A DNA stretch of 64,000 nucleotides from the human T2T-CHM13v2.0 reference genome, Homo sapiens: the NCBI RefSeq assembly GCF_009914755.1, contig NC_060925.1; one strand, given 5' to 3'. The position numbers and the translations under genes are program-made. Under the pieces are notes generated by a model, which saw nothing but the letters and a program-made list of their open reading frames with translations, was not told where the DNA came from and ran no database searches. Shown one piece after another: positions 48,626-64,000 of the stretch (within the stretch, counting starts at the first letter, position 1; every line of letters begins with the position of its first letter).

Positions 48626-49245
48626 GCTTATTTTACAAATATGTACCTGTGGTGCTAATACTAGGCAAAGAAAACAGGACGATTCAAGAGCAGCCTATGT
48701 AACTACCAACTCAAGCACTAACACTAGCTAGATCACCTTCATGCTTTAAAATTTAAAGTTATGGAGTAGCTGTGCCCACCCCCCCCCCAAAAAAAAGCTT
48801 TAATAAAGGCACTGCAGCGTTAACTAAGTTTTAGGGTAAATTTAGGCAATTAACAATTCGAAGAGACTTGTGGTTTATGTATTAGTAATTCAAATTACTG
48901 TTTTAGAGATCTCAGGTAGTTAACCAATTCTTGCTCAAAGCACTAATGTTCAGTCCCTCACCATTTATGCTGGGTATGAGTCCCAATGCATGGGTATTGC
49001 AACCTATTGTCAGGCCTTAACATGTATGTGTTTGCTTTTATTATTACTAAAATGTTAAAACTTAAACCCAATTATTCACCAAACTCTGAACACCTCAACC
49101 TCAGAGCTCCAGAATTAGGAATGAATGACAAAGTTTAGACTCTAATCATTTTAAGAATGTTAGGTGGGAAGAAATGGCTTCAGATGCAGTATTGTGTTCA
49201 TCTTTCCAGGGGAACATCTCAAATGGGTATTCTGAAGCAGGTTGA

Positions 49246-49488
<243 letters not shown>

Positions 49489-50133
49489 TTATTATATCCA
49501 ATGCTAAACACTACCACTTGGACTCTAAGATATGTTTATGCCTCTCTGTTTATTCTAGTTTTTTAAAAATCAAATATACAAGATCTACAATTATTTATAT
49601 CCAAGATGTCTACACCACTGCCTAAGAAGCTATTAAAATATTTGTATTTGTGCAATGGAACCCATTATTCACATGGTCCTAGAATAAAAAGTCAATTTAT
49701 ATTGTGAATAAATTTATCAAAAAACATGTCATCCAATTCCCACAAATGAGACATTTTAAATACAGAATACACTCTGTTCATGAATATAAAATCCCCAGGT
49801 GAAAGTCCCTTAAAACACTATTATGGTTATGTTTCCTAGAATAATTTTATAACTTTTTCAGAGAATTCCTTTAAACTTGTTAAAATACCTTGTTGCTAGT
49901 GCTCAGAACATCTAGGTTCAGTCTTTATTTTTAAGACAGTATCTATCCTAGGCAAATGAGAGCTTGTTTTTATGTATTTAAGAGTTTCCTCTTGTCATTT
50001 CAATGTCAAATTGATTTGACTCAATTTCATGATTTCATCTCGCTCAAGGCCATCAACCGGTCAGAGCCAGAGCCCTTCAAAGGCTGTATGTGAGTATATG
50101 AGGGAAAACTTTCCACATAATTTTACATCATTT

Positions 50134-50191
50134 CTATCTCATAGCAGTTTTAGTTTTCTCATAGCTATCTCATAGCAGTTTTAGTTTTCTC
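50134..50191. repeat. 31-bp-period tandem duplication in the extended HNRNPU 3' UTR
   Basis: ctatctcatagcagttttagttttctc(atag) x2. Confidence 0.9.
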
Positions 50192-51705
50192 AAATTCTAT
50201 GCTGTTTTTGTACTACTGCAGCTGACCAATCCAAAGCCAGTTTACACTCAGCATGTGTTATTCTACTTTAAAATATAACCTTAGTGAAAGCACCCTTCAA
50301 ATCAACAGCAATCTCACAGTGAGTTTCCTCTGGGTAGTCAGGATTTGTCCAGAACTACATCCTTTTCAGATGTTCAGAGTTTTGCTTGCCATTAGGGAGG
50401 CAAGGGAAGGATGAGCAATAAATCAGGTTTCTCGTTCGTATCTTACTTCTTACCTAATTTTCTCCCTGTTGCTTATTTGGTACATTCCCTTCTCTGAATT
50501 CCTTAAACACTTTATAAGGTTATTTCTGCCATACAAGTGTAGACAATTGTATTAATTCTAGTCTTGACTAAAGATTTTAACATTTTTCTGGGTGCCATTT
50601 TTATCTATTCTCTCTCCCCCCAAATTCTCTGGGCTAAACAGGCATGATAGTCTACCTAGTGTTACTTGACCATTACTTTCCCACTGCAATTATAAAATGA
50701 ATTCCTTAATAAGCAATTTTAAACTAGAAGATATATCCAAAACTTTTTAAAGGCACAAAGGACAACTTTAGGACACAACACTGATTAGCATCAAAACCTG
50801 AAACTGTTCCTCTAGTAAGTCTATGCAATCCTAATAATGTATACTGAAGAGTAGTAGCTCAGGCCAGTGGTTCTTAGCATTACTTGCTAAAAAAGATAAA
50901 AATCCATGACACTATCTTCAACTGTTAAATATCTTATGTTAACTAAGGATTTGCCTGTTCCAAAAATGTCTCAACTGAACCTATACATCACCTAAACTCC
51001 AGCTTATAGCAAGAAAATTCCTTAGAAGTATGAATTCATATTTATGATCTGATTTTAAAGGGCTAAAACAAAATTCTAAGCAATCAGAAATATAGCAAAC
51101 CTAAACTTACCAAAGCAACCTAAAAACACCAAGGAAACGCTAGACTGAAGTCAAATTTTAGTTCTACAGTTTGACTCCTGATTCCTCACTTCACATTGGT
51201 GAGGGGAAGATTAAAGTGTTCTGTGCAAACCCAATATAATTACAATTAGGGGATCTAATGTTATTACATAGCTACAGTCAAGTTAGCAGTGTTGTGTAGC
51301 AGTGACATCAATGACTGGCTTGCATGATGGCTTCTAAAAGCATCTGATCCCAGAGTTTCATGTATCATATATATGTATATAAAATAATCAGTTGAGGACA
51401 GCATTAGCATTCTGTAAAGATGATAAACTCAGTGTTAACTTCTCCCAGCCAGTACCTTTTCCCCTCATTAAATATGTTAAAAGTTGTCTGGGGGGGAGGG
51501 GAAGGGAAGAATTCAACTTTACTTCATAATTATGTATCAATTGTCAGTATACATTTAAGTTTTTAAAACCTAAATGTTCTATGCAGAGTAAAGAATAAGC
51601 TGTCCAGAAAGCACACACTTAATAAATTTCTCCTCTTGGGAGTTATATAAAGGGATTTTGAACCTTGATGGCGAGAATCCCAAAACAAGAGTAAAATGAA
51701 TTCTT

Positions 51706-51711
51706 TTTATT
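51706..51711 (-). terminator. HNRNPU poly(A) signal AATAAA (about 1.05-kb 3' UTR)
   Basis: TTTATT on + strand, with U-rich downstream sequence on the - strand. Confidence 0.7.
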
Positions 51712-52753
51712 GCAAACAAACGTCTAAATTAATTTCTCCACCCACTTTCTTTAGAAAGAAAAAGAAATCAGCAGGCTAAGGAGATACCCATTCAAGAACT
51801 GACATGATTAAAAATTAAGATATAAATGGGTGACTCACAATTTCATTAGCTTACAAAGATGGTGGAGTTAACTACTACAAGCACACTAGTTATACAGTAT
51901 TTTGTGGGAGAAGGGCATACAGACATGGCTAACTTCATATAGATCCCATTAGACAACTGGATTTACAACAAGTTTTTTTAATAAGAAATGGGCAAAGCCA
52001 GCTTTCTTTTCAGAATCAAAATGCAGAACAAATGGAAAAATTATGGTATTAACCTTCACAAGTTTGAGCCTCCACAAATAATGCAACCAAGTTTTACATT
52101 TTTAACAGCCCTTCTACATACACTCCATCTTCTCTATCTTAGTTCCAAGTTTTAGTTTTCAATCCCAATTATACCAATTCCATTGTTATTTTAAGAAAAA
52201 ACCTTCCCAGTTATTGTCAGAAACTATGATTTAGCTTACCCCCTCCACTACCCAGCAAACTACAGAGAGGATGGAGTGTAATATGAGCAGTACAGAGTCT
52301 TAATGCAATTCATGAGGACCACTTAGTCCTTACATGAATCTGGTTGCTAACATTTCTATTATATTGTGACAATGACTCCCGACTGTTATTCTCTGTGAGA
52401 AATGGGGGGAGTAAATTCTTAATAAAAGACACCAGGTACAAAGCAACATTTTACTTCTGTTGTGATAAAAAAAAAAAAAAGTCACATTTTACAGATAAAA
52501 TGTAGAACCCTGAAATACTGACACATTCTCTTATCGTGCACAATGCTGAGGTTCTCTTACGATTCACTTTTAAACTGCAATTAAAAATGTACAAAAAAGA
52601 AAAGAAAAAAAATCAACCCACAAAGCTTCTAAAAAAGGAACCCGCAGGCACTTCCTCTTGTGGAATGTTTAAAAAGTTAGCCTACTAAAGAAAACAGTCG
52701 ACTTCTTGTGAAGGTTTTGGAGAAATATGTATCAGTTCGTTTTATTTGGGTAT

Positions 52754-62628
<9,875 letters not shown>

Positions 62629-64000
62629 TCACCGCTAGGCGCTGCCTCAAACTCGGCTCCGCTCACTCGGCCACTGGTGGCGGCTGCTGCGGCTGCTCCT
62701 CGGCCCGGGCGGCGGCTGCGGCTGCGGCTGGAGATGGGTTCGTGCTGCAGAGCGGATCCGCCTGGTGTCGAACGGCGCCAATTCCTTTCACCGAGTTCGC
62801 GAGGGAGACGCGGAGACTCGCCTGGCGCGAGCGAGCACGCAACGTCCTCTCGCAGGAGCGGCGCCGCGCACGTAATATAGGCGCCCCGCCCCCTGCGCTG
62901 ACGGGAGCACTGCGCAGGAGGAAAGCCGGAGCGCGCCCGCGCTCGGCCCCGCCCATTACCGTACTTACCTCCCCGCCCCCACGCCGAACCCGGGCCGAGA
63001 GCGCGGTGGAGGCCGCGCAGTGCGCTTCCAATTGGGACTGAGCAAATGGAGGAAAAGGAAACCGCCTTTCAGTTCAACCGACTCACTGCATGATATATTG
63101 GCCTTTCTGGGTCTTTGGTGGCTATACTCGTTTGGCTTTTCTCCTTCCCAGCTTGGAGGCTGCTTTATCCAAATGCTTTCTTCAGTCCTCAACTTGGCGT
63201 TTCAACCCGAATCCGCCTTTTCTTCCATCTTAGATCTGCCTTCTTATGTGTTTCTCCAGCTCTTCGTTTAAAACTCCTTCAAATCGTATTTCAGTTTTGA
63301 CTGGTATAGCATACATTGGCAACTGTTACACGCAGCGGCTCTTTTCCTCATAATACCGTATTTGGTTTAATTTGTGTAAGTCCTGCCTTGCGAATTGGAT
63401 TTTAAGTTCGAGAAGGGCAAGGGCAGAACCGTTCTTTTGTCTGTTCCACACCCCGGGTGCGGGGCCTGGGAAGTAGAGGCTTTGCTTACTACTCCATACT
63501 GCAAACCTTAGTGTACCTGCCTTTGCAGGGCAGCTATTCTCATGCTCTTAATAACCCTGAATAAACCTCAGAATTGCATTTCCAAGTTTTCTGTAGCTAC
63601 CACAAAGACGGACCTCCAGTAACACTTGTTCTGTCCACTTTAGGACCTGGTCATCAGCTACGAAGTCCCAGTAGCTAACCGTGAGGGTGAGACCCAACTA
63701 GGTCTTTGATTATAGGCCCACTTGATTCTCTTCCTATTCCTGTAGAAATACTCTTGACCAAATTATTCTGAAACTTAAAGTTTACGAAAAATCAAGGGCT
63801 GTGATTTTGTAAAAAGAAAAATGGACTATCGCTCTTGAAATCCGTTATTTTATATGTTAGAAGTTTACTTTTTCTCTTTAAAGAAAAGATGTGATGTCTC
63901 GAAGTTTTAGATAGGGAAGTCAGAATTTAGATTCGTGATAGAAGTTAACATTTTAAACCCTAGATAATCTGCAGTGTCCAGCCAGTGTTCCATCTGACTA

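Overview
Eukaryotic, primate-type genomic DNA, recognisable from its proteins as the human 1q44 COX20-HNRNPU locus. Positions 1-33 kb are gene-free and very Alu-rich. They include a MER4A-type solo LTR and a two-LTR MER41 (ERV1) provirus, each inserted into an older Alu, plus Tigger/hAT DNA-transposon relics and L1/L2/MIR fragments. COX20 lies on the + strand (4 coding exons, 34020-41481, 118 aa, plus a 36-nt cassette exon) behind a CpG island. HNRNPU lies convergently on the - strand (14 exons, 62613-52754, 825 aa; a 57-nt alternative donor gives 806 aa) with a long, largely repeat-free 3' region. All exon boundaries were read from the sequence and give open, phase-consistent frames. Almost every other ORF in the track is an Alu or GC-rich antisense artefact. 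I see no new protein-coding system. The best leads are RNA-level features of HNRNPU: two consecutive GC-AG introns, candidate poison exons in intron 3, an Alu-flanked 597-nt stop-free exon 5-8 circle, an H/ACA-like RNA overlapping the last 3' splice site, and an intron-1 ETS-CRE promoter with an in-frame ATG. Repeat family names come from recalled consensus sequences, not from a search.
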